A stretch of DNA of 64,000 nucleotides from an uncultured Acidobacteriota bacterium (GCA_963805975.1 CAWDVR010000002.1:384001-448000); one strand, 5' to 3'. Positions 46,876 to 59,035 are shown, numbered from the stretch's first letter. Numbers and translations: made by a program. The notes: a model not told the origin generated them from the letters alone.

Positions 46876-47116
46876 GCTCCTCCCCCCACACGTCGTCGTC
46901 GGTCTGGAAACGCGGCTTGCGATTGATCGGCGCCTTCAACGCGAGACCAATCCACTGCCCGAAGTCGACGGTAGTCCGCATTCGAGTCTCCCTCTCGACC
47001 GCTTCCTTGACGGCAATGCGCACCGCATCGGACTTGCTGCGCAGGCCCTTGAGGCGAACCAACCGGGCCAGGTTCTCTTCGAGATCGGCATTGAGGTGGA
47101 TGTTGAGTTGAGCCAT
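46865..47116 (-). CDS. RHH-type antitoxin (VapB-like)
   Basis: AQLNIHL..SKSDAVRIAVKE; overlaps the PIN gene start. Confidence 0.8.
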   Translation of the reverse strand: MAQLNIHLNADLEENLARLVRLKGLRSKSDAVRIAVKEAVERETRMRTTVDFGQWIGLALKAPINRKPRFQTDDDVWGEERGR

Positions 47117-47191
47117 GTACAGAGACTATACAGAAGGAGCGGCTCGCCCTGAAATTGCCTCCCCCACCGGCTCGCGATACCGTTGCGGCCC

Positions 47192-48022
<831 letters not shown>

Positions 48023-48043
48023 ACGCCGGATCTTCCTGCCGCC

Positions 48044-49774
48044 ATGGCCAGGCTACGCTTCCGCCGCGCGAGCTCCTCACCCGTGGCCGGACGGGTGATC
48101 TCGTCGATCGTGGCCCTCGCCTTCCTCGGCCTGGGCTCGGCCTTCGCCTATCTCATCGTCCGCAGCTTCTTCCGCGACCTCGCCACCCACACTTGGAGGG
48201 AGGCGGAGTGCGTCATCACCTCGTCGCAGGTGAAGTCGACCGGTGGATCCGAGCCGTTGCACGTCCTCAATGTGCAGTACCGCTACGTCGCGTTCGGGCG
48301 TGAGCTCGAGAGCGACGTGCTGCGGCCGGGCTACGCCGGCTCCTCGGACGTGGCCGAGGCCGAGCGGCTGGCCGCCCGCTACGCAGTCGGAGAGTCGGTG
48401 ACCTGCTACATCGACCCGAAAAAGCCGGAGTCGGCCACCATCGAAAAGGCGAGCCTCCTGAACGGCTTCTGGGTGCTCTTTCCGCTCGTCTTCGTGGGGG
48501 TGGGCCTCTTGGTGCTGGTTCTCACCTGGATGCCATCGCGCTCCGGCGAGGCCACGGCGGCAGGAGGTCTGCGCTCGATCTCGAAGCAGGCGACCGGGCG
48601 CTTCGGCGGCGCCGGCTGCCTGGTGGGGTTCTTCGCGCTGTTCGCTCTCGCCGGCGGCGGCACCGGCCTCTTCTTCCTCCTCCCGGCCGCCCAGGTGGTG
48701 AAGGCACGAGCGTGGCACGCGGTGCGCTGCACCATCGATTCGAGCGAGGTGCGGTCGCACTCCGGGGACGACTCGACGACCTACAGCGTGTCGGTCGCCT
48801 ACCGCTACGAGATCGCCGGAAAGACCTACCGCGGCAACCGCTACCAGTTCCTCGGCGGCTCGTCCTCCGGCCAGGAGGGAAAGCAGCAGGTGGTGGACCG
48901 CTACCCGCCGGGCAGCGAAGCCTCCTGCTTCGTCAACCCCCAGGACCCCTACGACGCCGTGCTCGAGCGCGGCTTCACCACGGGCTACCTCTTCGGCCTG
49001 ATCCCGCTGCTGTTCTTCTCGGTGGGGGTGGGCGGGATGATCTTCGCGCTGCGCAGCGGGAGCGCCGCCCCGGCCCGCGCCGCGTGGCAGCCGACCCAGT
49101 CGCTGTCGGTCGCGCCGGCGGCCGTGGGGCCGGAGGCCGGCTTCCGCTACGCCGGCGACGGGGCGGTGACCCTCGACGCCAAGGGTGGGCCGATCGGCCG
49201 CTTCCTGGGCACCCTCCTGGTCGCCGGCTTCTGGAACGGCATCACCGGCGCCTTCCTCTACCAGGTGGTCTCCGGCTGGCGCTCCGGCGCGGGAGACGGC
49301 TGCGCCACCGCCTTCCTCGTGCCGTTCGTGCTCATCGGCCTCCTGCTGCTGGTGTCCCTGCCACACGCCTTCCTCGCTCTGTTCAACCCGCGGCCGGTGC
49401 TCACGCTGTCGCGCGCCACGCTGCCGCTGGGCGGCACGGTGGACCTCTCCTGGGGCTTCAAGGGCTGGTCGAGCCGCATCTCTCGTCTGGTCGTGACCCT
49501 CGAGGGCCACGAGGAAGCGAGCTACCGCCAGGGCAAGAGCAGCTCGACGGCGAAGTCGGTCTTCGCCCGCGAGGAGGTCGCCGAGACCACGGACCCGCTC
49601 ACCATCGCCTCCGGCCGCGCCACGATCTCGCTGCCGATCGACACCATGCACAGCTTCGAGAGCAGCCACCACAAAGTCGTCTGGACCCTCAAGCTCGTCG
49701 GCACCATCGGCTTCTGGCCGGACGTGGGCGAGGAGATCGTGGTCCCCGTCACACCTCCCGGAGGCGCACGATGA
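48044..49774 (+). CDS. Membrane protein with two DUF3592-like domains
   Basis: Twice: TM, W...C.I.SS.V...V.YRY...Y..G....C(Y/F)(I/V)xP..P, TM. Confidence 0.78.
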   Translation: MARLRFRRASSSPVAGRVISSIVALAFLGLGSAFAYLIVRSFFRDLATHTWREAECVITSSQVKSTGGSEPLHVLNVQYRYVAFGRELESDVLRPGYAGSSDVAEAERLAARYAVGESVTCYIDPKKPESATIEKASLLNGFWVLFPLVFVGVGLLVLVLTWMPSRSGEATAAGGLRSISKQATGRFGGAGCLVGFFALFALAGGGTGLFFLLPAAQVVKARAWHAVRCTIDSSEVRSHSGDDSTTYSVSVAYRYEIAGKTYRGNRYQFLGGSSSGQEGKQQVVDRYPPGSEASCFVNPQDPYDAVLERGFTTGYLFGLIPLLFFSVGVGGMIFALRSGSAAPARAAWQPTQSLSVAPAAVGPEAGFRYAGDGAVTLDAKGGPIGRFLGTLLVAGFWNGITGAFLYQVVSGWRSGAGDGCATAFLVPFVLIGLLLLVSLPHAFLALFNPRPVLTLSRATLPLGGTVDLSWGFKGWSSRISRLVVTLEGHEEASYRQGKSSSTAKSVFAREEVAETTDPLTIASGRATISLPIDTMHSFESSHHKVVWTLKLVGTIGFWPDVGEEIVVPVTPPGGAR

Positions 49775-50232
49775 GCCGGCTCGCGATCGAGACCGCGGCG
49801 AGGAAGCTGGCTTTCGCGCCCGGCGAGGCCTGCGCGGGGCGTGTGAGCTGGGAGCTCGACGAGCCGCCGGAGAGCGTCGAGCTGCGGCTCTTCTGGTTCA
49901 GTGAGGCCAAGGGCGAGCAGGACGCCGAGATCGTCGCCACGGAGAGCTTCCCGCTTTCAGCGCGGGGCGAGGGGAGCTTCCGCTTCGAGATCCCGCCCGG
50001 GCCCCTGTCCTTCACCGGCTCGCTGGTCACGCTCGCCTGGGCGCTCGAGCTGGTGGTCGAGCCCGGCGAAGAGACCGAACGGCTGCCGATCCTGGTCTCG
50101 GCGATCGGCCGCGAGATCCGGCTCGAGGCGCTCGCGCCGCTCACCGAGGAGGAGATCAAAAAGCTCCCCGGCTGGCTGCAGCGCCTCGCCGCGAAGAAAG
50201 CTGCCGAGAAGCGCGGCGAGACCGAAGACTAG
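49771..50232 (+). CDS. Hypothetical beta-sandwich protein, translationally coupled to the DUF3592 gene
   Basis: ATGA overlap; VELRLFWFSE..FRFEIPPGPLSFTGSLVTLAWALE. Confidence 0.72.
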   Translation: MSRLAIETAARKLAFAPGEACAGRVSWELDEPPESVELRLFWFSEAKGEQDAEIVATESFPLSARGEGSFRFEIPPGPLSFTGSLVTLAWALELVVEPGEETERLPILVSAIGREIRLEALAPLTEEEIKKLPGWLQRLAAKKAAEKRGETED

Positions 50233-50271
50233 GGACCCGGGCTCGCGCAGAGTCCGCCGCCGAGGTGTCAC

Positions 50272-50466
50272 ATGACCACGCCTTCACCGCTCATCACGAC
50301 CTCCCCCGACCGGCTCAGTGGAACCCCGGTCTTCGCCGGCACCCGTGTGCCCGTTCAGTCGCTGATCGACTACATCGAGGGTGGGGATTCTCTCGACGCG
50401 TTTCTGGACGACTTCCCCAGCGTCACCCGCGAGCACGCGATCGCCGTGCTGGAGTCCTCCTCCTAG
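50272..50466 (+). CDS. DUF433 family protein
   Basis: GAGGTG SD; PDRLSGTPVFAGTRVPV..FLDDFPSVTREH. Confidence 0.88.
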   Translation: MTTPSPLITTSPDRLSGTPVFAGTRVPVQSLIDYIEGGDSLDAFLDDFPSVTREHAIAVLESSS

Positions 50467-53400
50467 CCGCTCCACACCCTTCCCGACGCCAGGAACCAGA
50501 GCTCGAACCTCGGCCGGTCGCTGAGGCTCAGGGCCTCTTGCACGGCGCGACGGTAGGTTTCGCCCTGGGAGCGGTAGGCTGCGGCGCGCTCGGCGAGGGC
50601 GTCTTCTCCTTCCAGCTCGTCGGTCTTGTAGTCGGCGACGACCAGCTCGCCGCTGTCGCCGTCCTGGTAGACGAGGTCGGCGGCGCCGGTGACGAAGCCC
50701 ACCGGGCCGGACTCGGCGCCGGGCTCCGATCGCAGAAGCACCGGCGGCAGGAGCACCGGCAGCTCGCGGGCGACGATCGCATCTTGGAGCGCGAGGAAGC
50801 GTGGCCAGAGCGGGCCGGTGACGAAGCGATCGACGATCGACGCGAAGCGCCGGCGCGCCGCCTCCCGATCCGCGGCGGAGAGGCCACGCTCGAGGCCCGC
50901 CTCGGCGGAGCGCCGGGCGCAGGCCAGCGCTTCCCCGGGGTCGCCCTCCGGCGTGAGCATTTCGAGCAACCGGTGAACGGCCGTGCCCACGGCCTTGGCC
51001 ACGCTGCGGGGCACGCCGACGCCGTCCGGGTCTTCTTGGGTGAAAAGCTCCTCCAGATCCATGTGCGTGTCTTCCGAGGCGCGGGCGGAGAACGCTCTCG
51101 CCTGCCGGAGCGCGGCGGCAGCGAGCAGCCGCTCGATCTCGGCACGGCTCGCCGCGAGCTCGGCGGCCGAGGGCAGGGCCGGCCGCGCGTCGCCGGGGCG
51201 GTCTCCGCGCTCGCCCGGTTCGGGCTCTCGCCCGACTTCCAGGCCCGGGAAGGCCCACAGCACGCCGTCGGCGTCGCTCTCGCGGGACCGTCCCTCGGCT
51301 TGGAGGCGGCCGAACAGCTCTTCCGTGTCGGGCGGTGCCGGCTGCCGCAACGCCAGCAGCTCGGCGAAGCATCGCGCCTCGCGCGCGCTCGGCGGCGCGG
51401 CATCGCCCCGGGCGCGCTGCCGCAGCGGCATGCCGAGGAGGACCAGCCGGTCCTTGGCCCGGGTGGTCGCCACGTAGAACAGGCGCACCTGCTCCGCCGC
51501 GCGCACCTGGTCGTCGTGCTCCCGGAGCCTCCAGAAGCCGGGGGACGGAGCGCCCAGGAGGAGCAGTTCCCAGCCGCCCTCGCCGGGCAGCTCGCGGGCC
51601 TCGGTCTTGGCCCCGGGAGTGCTCCGTGGCTGCTTGTGGAGCTGCGGCAGGTAGACGTGCCGGAAGTCGAGGCCCTTGGCCTTGTGGATGGTCATCACCG
51701 CGACCGCACCGGCGCCGCCGGCCCGCGGCCGACCCCCAGGAGGCTGACCTGCGGGCGCCTGGCGCGCGTCCGCCTGCCTCTGGCGCAGGAAGCGAGGCAC
51801 GGCCTGCGGGTCGCCGCCCTCGTCCAACCACAGGGCGAGCTGGCGGAAAAAGCGGTCCAGGTTGGCGAGCCTCCAGGGGCCGAGGAAACGCGCCGTCTCG
51901 GTGGCCTCGATCAGCGTCCAGGACCGCAGCTTGTCGACGAAGACGTCCGCCGGATCGGCGGCGAACGAGGCGCGGAGCGCGGCCAGGGTCTCGAGAAAGG
52001 CGACCAGCGAGCGCTCCCACCCGGCGAGCTCGGCGAGGCCGGGGATCTCGGGCGCCAGGGCCGCGACCTCCCGGCCCACGCGCTCGGCCAGGGCTGCGAG
52101 CCGTGCGGAGGTCTCGGCGTCCGGCGCCACGAGATCGGTGGCGAGCCGCGGCAGGCCCTGGTGCCAGAGCCGCGGCAGGGCGGCATCCGGCACACCGACC
52201 CAGGGGGCGCGCAGGCAGGTGACGAGCGCCAGGTGGTCCGCGGGGTCCAGCACCGCGCGCACCAGGGCACCGGCGTCCAGGATCTCGCGGCGCCGGAAGT
52301 AGCTGCGGTCGCTCGTCACCGCGTAGGGGATGCCCGCCTCCTGGAGCTGGCGCAGGAAGACGTCGAGGTCGGTGGTGGTGCGGAGCAGGATCGCCGCGTC
52401 CTCCCAGGGCACGCCGTGCCCGTCGTGGAGCGAGCGCAGATCGCGGGCGATGGCCGCCGCCTCGATCTCCGCGGCCCGGCGCGCCGGCGTGGCCGCGCCC
52501 GACTGCGGGGCCCACGAGATCCAGTGCTCCACCGGCCCGCGGCCGCCGGCCACGAAGCCCGCCTCGCCCCGTCGCGCCGGGCTCGCGGCGAGCGGCTGGA
52601 AAGCCGGCTGCACGCCTTCTTCGCGCTCCATCACCGGCGCCACCAGCCGCTCCACCTCGGCGAGGATCGCCGGCACCGAGCGGAAGTTGACGGACAGGCG
52701 CTCGAGCCTGCCTCCCGCGGCGAGCACCTCGGCCACGAAGCCGTCGTAGGCCGCGAGGTCGGCGCTGCGCCAGCCGTAGATCGACTGCTTGGGGTCGCCC
52801 ACCAGGAAGAGGCCCGGCCGCGCCTCCGGGGGCCCGTCGAGCGCCAGCAGGCGGATCAGGTCGCACTGCACGTGATCGGTGTCCTGGAACTCGTCCACCA
52901 GGAGCTGGTCGAGGCCGCCGCGCACCAGGGCACGCACGTCCCGATGCCGTACGAGAAGCGAGCGCGCCTCGGTGAGCAGGGCCTGGTAGTGGATGGCGCC
53001 CCTTGCCACCAGGCGCGAGCGCACCTCGGCGAGCACCGGTACCAACGCCTGCCGCGCCGCTTCGAAAGTGAGCGGACGGAGAGCGGTGAAGCGGGACAGC
53101 CGCCGGTCGAGCTCGGCGGCGGCCTCGGCCAGGGCAGGGGCGGTCTCGCCCATCTGCTTGCTCTCGCCCACGTTGAGCTCGCCCACGGCCCACTTGCCGA
53201 TGCGCGCCGAGCAGTCGCCGTCCAGCAGCTCGCACGCGCGGCGGATCGCCTGGTCGAGCGCCTGCGCTGCCGATGGCGCCGGCCCCAGGCCGAGCCCGGT
53301 CAACCTCTCGACTCCGTCGAGCGCGTCGTGCGTGATGCTCCGCTTCTTCTCGGAGCGCGAGGTAGCGCGCAATCGGCTCGCCGCGACCGCGAGCAGCCGC

Positions 53401-54167
53401 TCCGCGGCGCGGGGAACCTCAGCCACGAGCCCGGCGGCCAGCTCGGGCGAGAAGTGCTCCCGCGCCAGCTCCTCCTCCGGCACGCCGGAGAGCACCAGCA
53501 CGCGCGCCGCCTCGGCCAGCTCCCGCGGCCCGGCTCCGAGCGCCGCCAGGTCCAGATACACGGCGCCGGCTCCCACCGCGGCCGGCGCCGTGTACGCCTC
53601 GCGCAACCGCTCGTCCAGCACCTCTCGCAGCACCTCGTCGAGCACCTCGCCCTCGGCATCGACCTCGAGGTCCGGGTGCAGGCCCGCGGCGAGCGGGTGC
53701 GCGGCGAGGAGGCGCCGGCAGAAGGCGTGGATGGTGGAGACATGGAGGCGGTCGAGCTGCGCGAGGAGGGCCCGCGCGCGGTGCGCCTGCTCCGGGCTCT
53801 CCACGCCCACGGCTTCGGACGCGAAGCCCACCGGCGCGCGCCCGGCCGCGACCTCGGCCAGCGCCGCCGCCACCTTCTCGGCCATCTCGGCCGCCGCCGC
53901 CTCGGTGAAGGTGATCGCCGCCAGGCCGTCGAGCACCCGCGCCGCCACCGCCTCGGGATCGGCGGCGGCGGTCGCCCGCTCCGCCAGGCGCGCCTCGTTC
54001 CTGGCCCAGCCACGGCCCAGGCACCAGGCGAGCACGCGGGCCACCAGCGTGGCCGTCTTGCCGGTGCCGGCGCCGGCCTCGAGCACGAACGGGCGCTCGA
54101 GCTCCTGCTGGGCGGCGAGCCGCGCCGCCGCATCCAGCGCGGCGAGGTCCGCTGGAGCGGTGCTCAC
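50463..54167 (-). CDS. AddA-like UvrD-family helicase with C-terminal PD-(D/E)XK nuclease
   Basis: EAGAGTGKT, ITFTEAAA, STIHAFC, LVDEFQDTD, VGDPKQSIYGWR, NFRS, MTIHKAKGLDF, FYVATTRA, GAADLV..VADYKT; GTGA overlap with the upstream gene. Confidence 0.92.
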   Translation of the reverse strand: MSTAPADLAALDAAARLAAQQELERPFVLEAGAGTGKTATLVARVLAWCLGRGWARNEARLAERATAAADPEAVAARVLDGLAAITFTEAAAAEMAEKVAAALAEVAAGRAPVGFASEAVGVESPEQAHRARALLAQLDRLHVSTIHAFCRRLLAAHPLAAGLHPDLEVDAEGEVLDEVLREVLDERLREAYTAPAAVGAGAVYLDLAALGAGPRELAEAARVLVLSGVPEEELAREHFSPELAAGLVAEVPRAAERLLAVAASRLRATSRSEKKRSITHDALDGVERLTGLGLGPAPSAAQALDQAIRRACELLDGDCSARIGKWAVGELNVGESKQMGETAPALAEAAAELDRRLSRFTALRPLTFEAARQALVPVLAEVRSRLVARGAIHYQALLTEARSLLVRHRDVRALVRGGLDQLLVDEFQDTDHVQCDLIRLLALDGPPEARPGLFLVGDPKQSIYGWRSADLAAYDGFVAEVLAAGGRLERLSVNFRSVPAILAEVERLVAPVMEREEGVQPAFQPLAASPARRGEAGFVAGGRGPVEHWISWAPQSGAATPARRAAEIEAAAIARDLRSLHDGHGVPWEDAAILLRTTTDLDVFLRQLQEAGIPYAVTSDRSYFRRREILDAGALVRAVLDPADHLALVTCLRAPWVGVPDAALPRLWHQGLPRLATDLVAPDAETSARLAALAERVGREVAALAPEIPGLAELAGWERSLVAFLETLAALRASFAADPADVFVDKLRSWTLIEATETARFLGPWRLANLDRFFRQLALWLDEGGDPQAVPRFLRQRQADARQAPAGQPPGGRPRAGGAGAVAVMTIHKAKGLDFRHVYLPQLHKQPRSTPGAKTEARELPGEGGWELLLLGAPSPGFWRLREHDDQVRAAEQVRLFYVATTRAKDRLVLLGMPLRQRARGDAAPPSAREARCFAELLALRQPAPPDTEELFGRLQAEGRSRESDADGVLWAFPGLEVGREPEPGERGDRPGDARPALPSAAELAASRAEIERLLAAAALRQARAFSARASEDTHMDLEELFTQEDPDGVGVPRSVAKAVGTAVHRLLEMLTPEGDPGEALACARRSAEAGLERGLSAADREAARRRFASIVDRFVTGPLWPRFLALQDAIVARELPVLLPPVLLRSEPGAESGPVGFVTGAADLVYQDGDSGELVVADYKTDELEGEDALAERAAAYRSQGETYRRAVQEALSLSDRPRFELWFLASGRVWSG

Positions 54168-57100
54168 TCTTCGCCTCCGGCCGTTCCCCGCTGCCGCGCG
54201 TGGAGCTGAAAGAGCGCGAACGCCTCGCCACCCGCGATCTCGGCTTCGCCGCCCGCCGTCCTGGCTTCGCCGTCCGGGCGCTCGCGTGCCGCCTCCACCC
54301 AGCGCGCCAGACGCCGCGTGGCGCCGGAGTCGCGCTGCGAGCAGGCCTCGACCATGGCGCAGTAGCGGCAGGCGCTGCCTTCTTCCTCGAGCTTGTCGTC
54401 CAGCAGGCGGGGCAGGAACGTGCCGCGTTCGCGCGCCGCCCACAGCACCCGGACGGCCTCGGAGAACCGCTGCCGGGCTTCGGCGTCGTCCCCCGGCAGG
54501 CCCTGAGCACGCGGCAGGGTCGCGTCCTCCGGCCGGCCGAGGAAGAGGTAACGGCCGGCGATCGCTTGCGGGCCTCCCGCGCCGGACAGCGCATAGGCGG
54601 CGGCCTGCAAACGCCTTCCGCTGCCGACGGCGTCGAGCAGGTGGCGGCGCCGGGTCGCCTCCTGTTTGGCCTCGGAGAGCGGCTTGCCCACCTTGAGGTC
54701 GGTGAGCACCACGCCGTCCGCCACCGCCTGTGCGAGGTCGGCGCGGAAGCGCACCTGGAGCGCCCGGCCGGCCGCGCCGGTCACCGTGACGGTGCCCTCG
54801 ACCTCGGCACCGTAGACCGCGCCCGGGTCTCCCAGCCCAGCCCCGGCCGCGGCGGCCAGGAACACCAAGGCCCGCCGTGCCAGCGGCCGGGCGAGGAGCG
54901 GCACGCCCCGCGCGCGGGCCACCCGCGCCGCGGCCTCCTCTGCCAGGGCTTCGAGCTCGCCCTCCGGCGGCCAGCTCCAGGGAACGGGCGGCACGGCCAG
55001 CGCCTCGCCGAGCAAGCCGCCGATCTGCCCGCCGAGCTGCCGCACGCGGCGCTCGGCCACCGCGTGCACCACCTCTCCCACCAGCAGCCCGTCGAGCGCC
55101 GCCAACGAAGCCAGCGGGTCCGGCGCCGGCTCGATGCGGAGGCGGCGCTCGAGGAGCGTCTGCCAGCCGCAGGCGGACAGGCGCTCGAGCTCGGTGACGA
55201 AGATCTCTTCGACCGCGTCGGGACCCACCCAGCCGAAGAACGGCCCCAGGCGCGCGGCCCGGCGGCGGCCTTCCACGGTCGAGAGGTCGGGGTCCAGCTC
55301 GTCGAGCGCCGCCAGGCGCACGCGGGCCAGCTCCTCCGGGCCAGGCTGCCTGCACGCCGCCAGCGCCTGCGGCAGCGAGCCGCCGCAGACCCTTCGCGGC
55401 CGTGCGCGAGCCCGGCGACCACGGCCTGCTCGTCGGCCGGCAGCGCCAGGGCGGCCGGTGCGAGGCGCGGGTCGTGGGGGTGGGCCGCTGTTCTCTCCTG
55501 CCGCGGCACGTCGGCGAGCCGCAGGCGCTCGAGGAGCGGCGAGGCCGCCTGCGGCTCCCCGTCATCGTCCGTCGCGCGGTAGGACACCGTCACCCGCTCG
55601 GCCGAGGAGAGGAGCTGCGCGAACAGGTAGCGCTCCTCGGCGTGGCCCTCGTCCTTGACCGGCAGGTCCGGCAGCACGGCGCGCAAGGCGCGGCGCAGGG
55701 CGTCGGGCAGCAACGGGTCCTCCACCACCTGGCGTGGGAAGAGGTCGCGGTTGGCGCCCACCAGGAACAGGTGGTCGAAGGTGCGGCCACGGGCCGCCGT
55801 GGCGTCGAGCACCTGCACGCCACCTCCGGCTCCTCCCAGCGGGCGGTGCGCCGTCTGCTCGAGCGCCCGGCGCAGAGCCAGGGGCACCTCGTCGGCGCCG
55901 AGCTGAAAGCCCGGAGGGAGCTCGCCGGCGAGAACCGCGAGCGCCGTGCCCACTCGCTGCCGCGCGGGATCCTCTTCCGGCCAGCCGAGAGCCCCTGCCA
56001 GGAGGGTCCGCAGCCAGGCGAGCTGCGCCTCGACGGCCGCCTCCCGCGGCCGGTTCTCGAGGTGCGAAGCGAGCCGGCTCGCCGCCTCGACCGCGGCCCT
56101 CAGCACCCTACCCGGCAGGTAACGGCGTTCGAGCCTCGGCGCGGCCGGCGACGCCCCTGGCTCCCGGGCACCTTCCTCCCGCGGAGCCTCCGGCTCCTCG
56201 CGCTCCTCGTCGATCTCCTCCGCCCCCAGCCGCATCGGCAAGGGCAAGGCGCCGCGCACGAGGTAGGCGTCCGGTACCAGCTCGGCCACGTCGCCGAGCT
56301 GGGTGGCGCCCACGCTCCGCAGCCCGACCCGCAGGTCGAGAAGGGGGCCCAGGCCGGCTGCCGCCGTGCCTTCGAACGCCCCCAGCCAGCGGTCCACTGG
56401 CACCCGGCGCCCTAGGGCGAGGAGGTCGAGAAGCGCCCCCAGCCGGCGTTCGACCGCGCCCGGCGCCGCCTCGGCCGACGGCGCCGAGAAGGGCACGCCG
56501 AGACGGGAAAGCGCGCGCCGCAGAGGCAGGCGGTACGGCCCCAGATCGCGGGCCACGATGCCGACGGACTCCGGCGCGGTGCCCGCCGCGAGCAGCTCGA
56601 GGATCGCCAGCGCCAGGTCCCGGGCCTCGGCGTGCGCGCCGGGTGCTGCGACCAAGGCCAGGCTCCCCGGCGAGCGGCTGGACGGGTCGGACACGGAAGG
56701 GACGGCCAGGGACTCGAGGTCCACGCCGCCCAGCCGCCAGGCCAGCCGCGCGGCGAAGGGAGCCCCCGCCGGCGCCCCGCCGGCCGAGAGGTCGGGCGGC
56801 AGGTCGAGCACCACCTCGGCGCCGAGCTTCCCGGCCAGCACCCCGAGCAGGTCGAGCGCCAGGCCGGTAGCGTTGGCGTAGCCGTGGATCAGCACGGCAC
56901 GAGCCGGGAGGAGGCCGGGATCGCCGGCCAGGAGATCGGCGGCACGGGCGTAGAGGTCGCCCTGCCGGCCCAGGCCTTCGTTGCGGAGCAGGACCCACGC
57001 GGCCGCGGCCACGCGGGCGATCTCGCGCGCCAGGGCCGTCGGCCCGCGGTAGGCGGGCGCCAGCGCGGCGAGCTGCTCGTCGAGGGCGGGCAGGTGGTCG

Positions 57101-57528
57101 GCGGTGAAGCCCGCGTCCAGCAGGTCGCGTACCGTGGCCACCACCGTGCCGAAGCCGTCGCGGACGGGCCCCAGCGCGGCGGCCAGCAGGCGCTGGCGCT
57201 CGGCCAGCCGGCGCACGAAGATCTCGAGCGCGATCCCACCGCGCGGCGCCGGCTCGCCGGCACGGTCCAGCACCCCGGCGGCCAGACGAAAGAGGGTATG
57301 GATCGAGACCCCGGCCGCGGCCCTCCCCCGCCGCCGCATCCAGGCGGCCGAGAGGTGCTGCGCCAGGCTCGCGGAAGGCACCACCACGAGGACGGGCTGG
57401 CGAAGCAGCCCGGGGGAGCTACGGGCCTCTTCGGCCCAGGCATCGAGCCGATCCAGCACCTCCGCCTCGGCCTGGCGCGCACCGCGGGCGATGATCAAAG
57501 GGTTGCGCTGCAGTGAGGAGGAAGACAT
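54164..57528 (-). CDS. AddB-like inactive helicase / PD-(D/E)XK nuclease with 4-Cys Fe-S motif; frameshift at ~55370-55400
   Basis: ARGRTFDHLFLVG, EERYLFAQLL; after the shift LERLSACGW, FRADL..LTDLKVG, LQAAAY, CRYCAMVEAC. Confidence 0.85.
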
Positions 57529-57609
57529 GGGCCTGGGCGCGAGCCTAGCAAGCCCGCGGTGGTTTCCGATCCGCGATTCTCGCTGGACCGGCGTGCAGCT
57601 CCAGCCGTC

Positions 57610-57694
57610 GGATGGATTCCCGCTTTCGCGGGAATGACGCTGTGCCCTCGCCCCGAGCCACCCTCGTCATTCCCGCGAAAGCGGGGATCCATCC
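57610..57694. repeat. REP-like palindrome (GTCATTCCCGCGAAAGCGGGAATCC type)
   Basis: 30-bp arms at 57610-57639 and 57665-57694 with one mismatch; each arm is itself a small hairpin. Confidence 0.9.
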
Positions 57695-57800
57695 AGCGGC
57701 TTGCACAGTCTGGGCATCAGCCAGGGTCTCCGCCTTGCGCGGTTCCCTGGCCTGGGGGAAGATCCGGCCGCACGGTACCCCGCCTCCGGCTCAGCCCTCC

Positions 57801-59024
57801 ATGCCCTCGTCTCCCGCACCCGGTGAACCCGTAGACCCTGCCGCCGAGCCCGACGAGCCCTCCGTGCCGCTCTGGCGGAGCCTGCTGCTTCCTTCACTCT
57901 TCCTGCTCATCGCGATGCTCAACCTGACGCTGCCGGTCGTCGGGCTGAAGGAGCTCATCCTCGATCGGCTGGGCGGCACCACCGCCGACGCCAGCCTTTT
58001 CTTCACCGTCGAGATGCTGGCCTACATCCTCTTCGCGCCACTCTGGGGCCTGCTCTCCGACCGCTGGGGCAAGCGCAAGCCGCTCGTCGTGCTGGGCTTC
58101 CTGCTCTCGGCGCCGCTCTACGCCTCCTATGCCCATGCGCCCTCGGTGCCGGTCCTCCTCGCGCTCCGCTTCGTGCAGGGAGCCCTCACCATCGCCGCCT
58201 GGTCGACGCTGATGGCCCTGGTGGTCGACCAGGCCGGCGCGAAGAGGCGCGGCCGGGCGATGGGGGTGATGGGAGGCGCGCTCTCGCTCGGCGTCTCCTT
58301 CGGCGTCCCGATCGGCGGCTACCTCTCCCGCGATCACGGCTCCACGGCGCCGGTCCACATCGCCGCCGTGCTCTTCCTGGCGATTGGCCTCGGCAGCCTG
58401 GCCCTCGCCGAGAGCCGCCGTCTGGCCCACCAGCCGACCTGGCGGGAGATCACTACCGCGCTCGCCCGCCAGCCGCGGCTGCTCCTGCCCTACCTCTTCT
58501 ACTTCGTGGACCGCTACACGGTGGGCTTCTTCGTCGTCCTCTTCCCGCTCTACCTGGGCTCGCTCGGCATCGCGGACCCGGCGGTCAAGGGACGCTACCT
58601 CGCCCTTTTCCTGTTGCCGTTCGCTCTGCTCCAGCCCCTGGCCGGACGGCTCGCCGAGCGCACCGGTCCCTGGGCGCTCCTGATCGGCGGTTCGCTCGCC
58701 TACGGCCTGCTGCTCTCCACCGTGGGCTTCGCCGGCCTCTCGACGCTCTGGTGGGTGATGCTGGGGCTCGGCGTGCTCGCGGCGCTCATGTTCACGCCCG
58801 CACTGGTGCTCGCGGCCCAGGCCTCGAGCGCCGAGACCCGGGCCAGCGCCATGGGCGGCTTCAACCTCGCGGGCTCTCTGGGCTTCGCCTTCGGCCCGCT
58901 GGTCGGCGCCTGGGCCTTCCAGGCCCGCGGTTACGGCTTCGCGTTCGTGGTCGCGGGGGGTCTCGAGGTGGCTTGCGCGCTGGTGGGGCTGGTGCTCGCC
59001 CGTCGCTGGGCGCTCATGCGCTGA
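57801..59024 (+). CDS. MFS transporter
   Basis: Motif A GLLSDRWGKRK, LRFVQG, GRLAERTG; about 12 TM segments. Confidence 0.92.
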   Translation: MPSSPAPGEPVDPAAEPDEPSVPLWRSLLLPSLFLLIAMLNLTLPVVGLKELILDRLGGTTADASLFFTVEMLAYILFAPLWGLLSDRWGKRKPLVVLGFLLSAPLYASYAHAPSVPVLLALRFVQGALTIAAWSTLMALVVDQAGAKRRGRAMGVMGGALSLGVSFGVPIGGYLSRDHGSTAPVHIAAVLFLAIGLGSLALAESRRLAHQPTWREITTALARQPRLLLPYLFYFVDRYTVGFFVVLFPLYLGSLGIADPAVKGRYLALFLLPFALLQPLAGRLAERTGPWALLIGGSLAYGLLLSTVGFAGLSTLWWVMLGLGVLAALMFTPALVLAAQASSAETRASAMGGFNLAGSLGFAFGPLVGAWAFQARGYGFAFVVAGGLEVACALVGLVLARRWALMR

Positions 59025-59035
59025 GCGAGAGGACG

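Noticed and set aside
50463-57528. Helicase-nuclease pair as a novel defence system
   Set aside because: Gene order, motifs and the Fe-S cysteines fit housekeeping AddAB-type recombination repair.
57612-57800. N-terminal extension MDSRFRGND.. of the MFS protein
   Set aside because: It is the translation of the REP-like palindrome.
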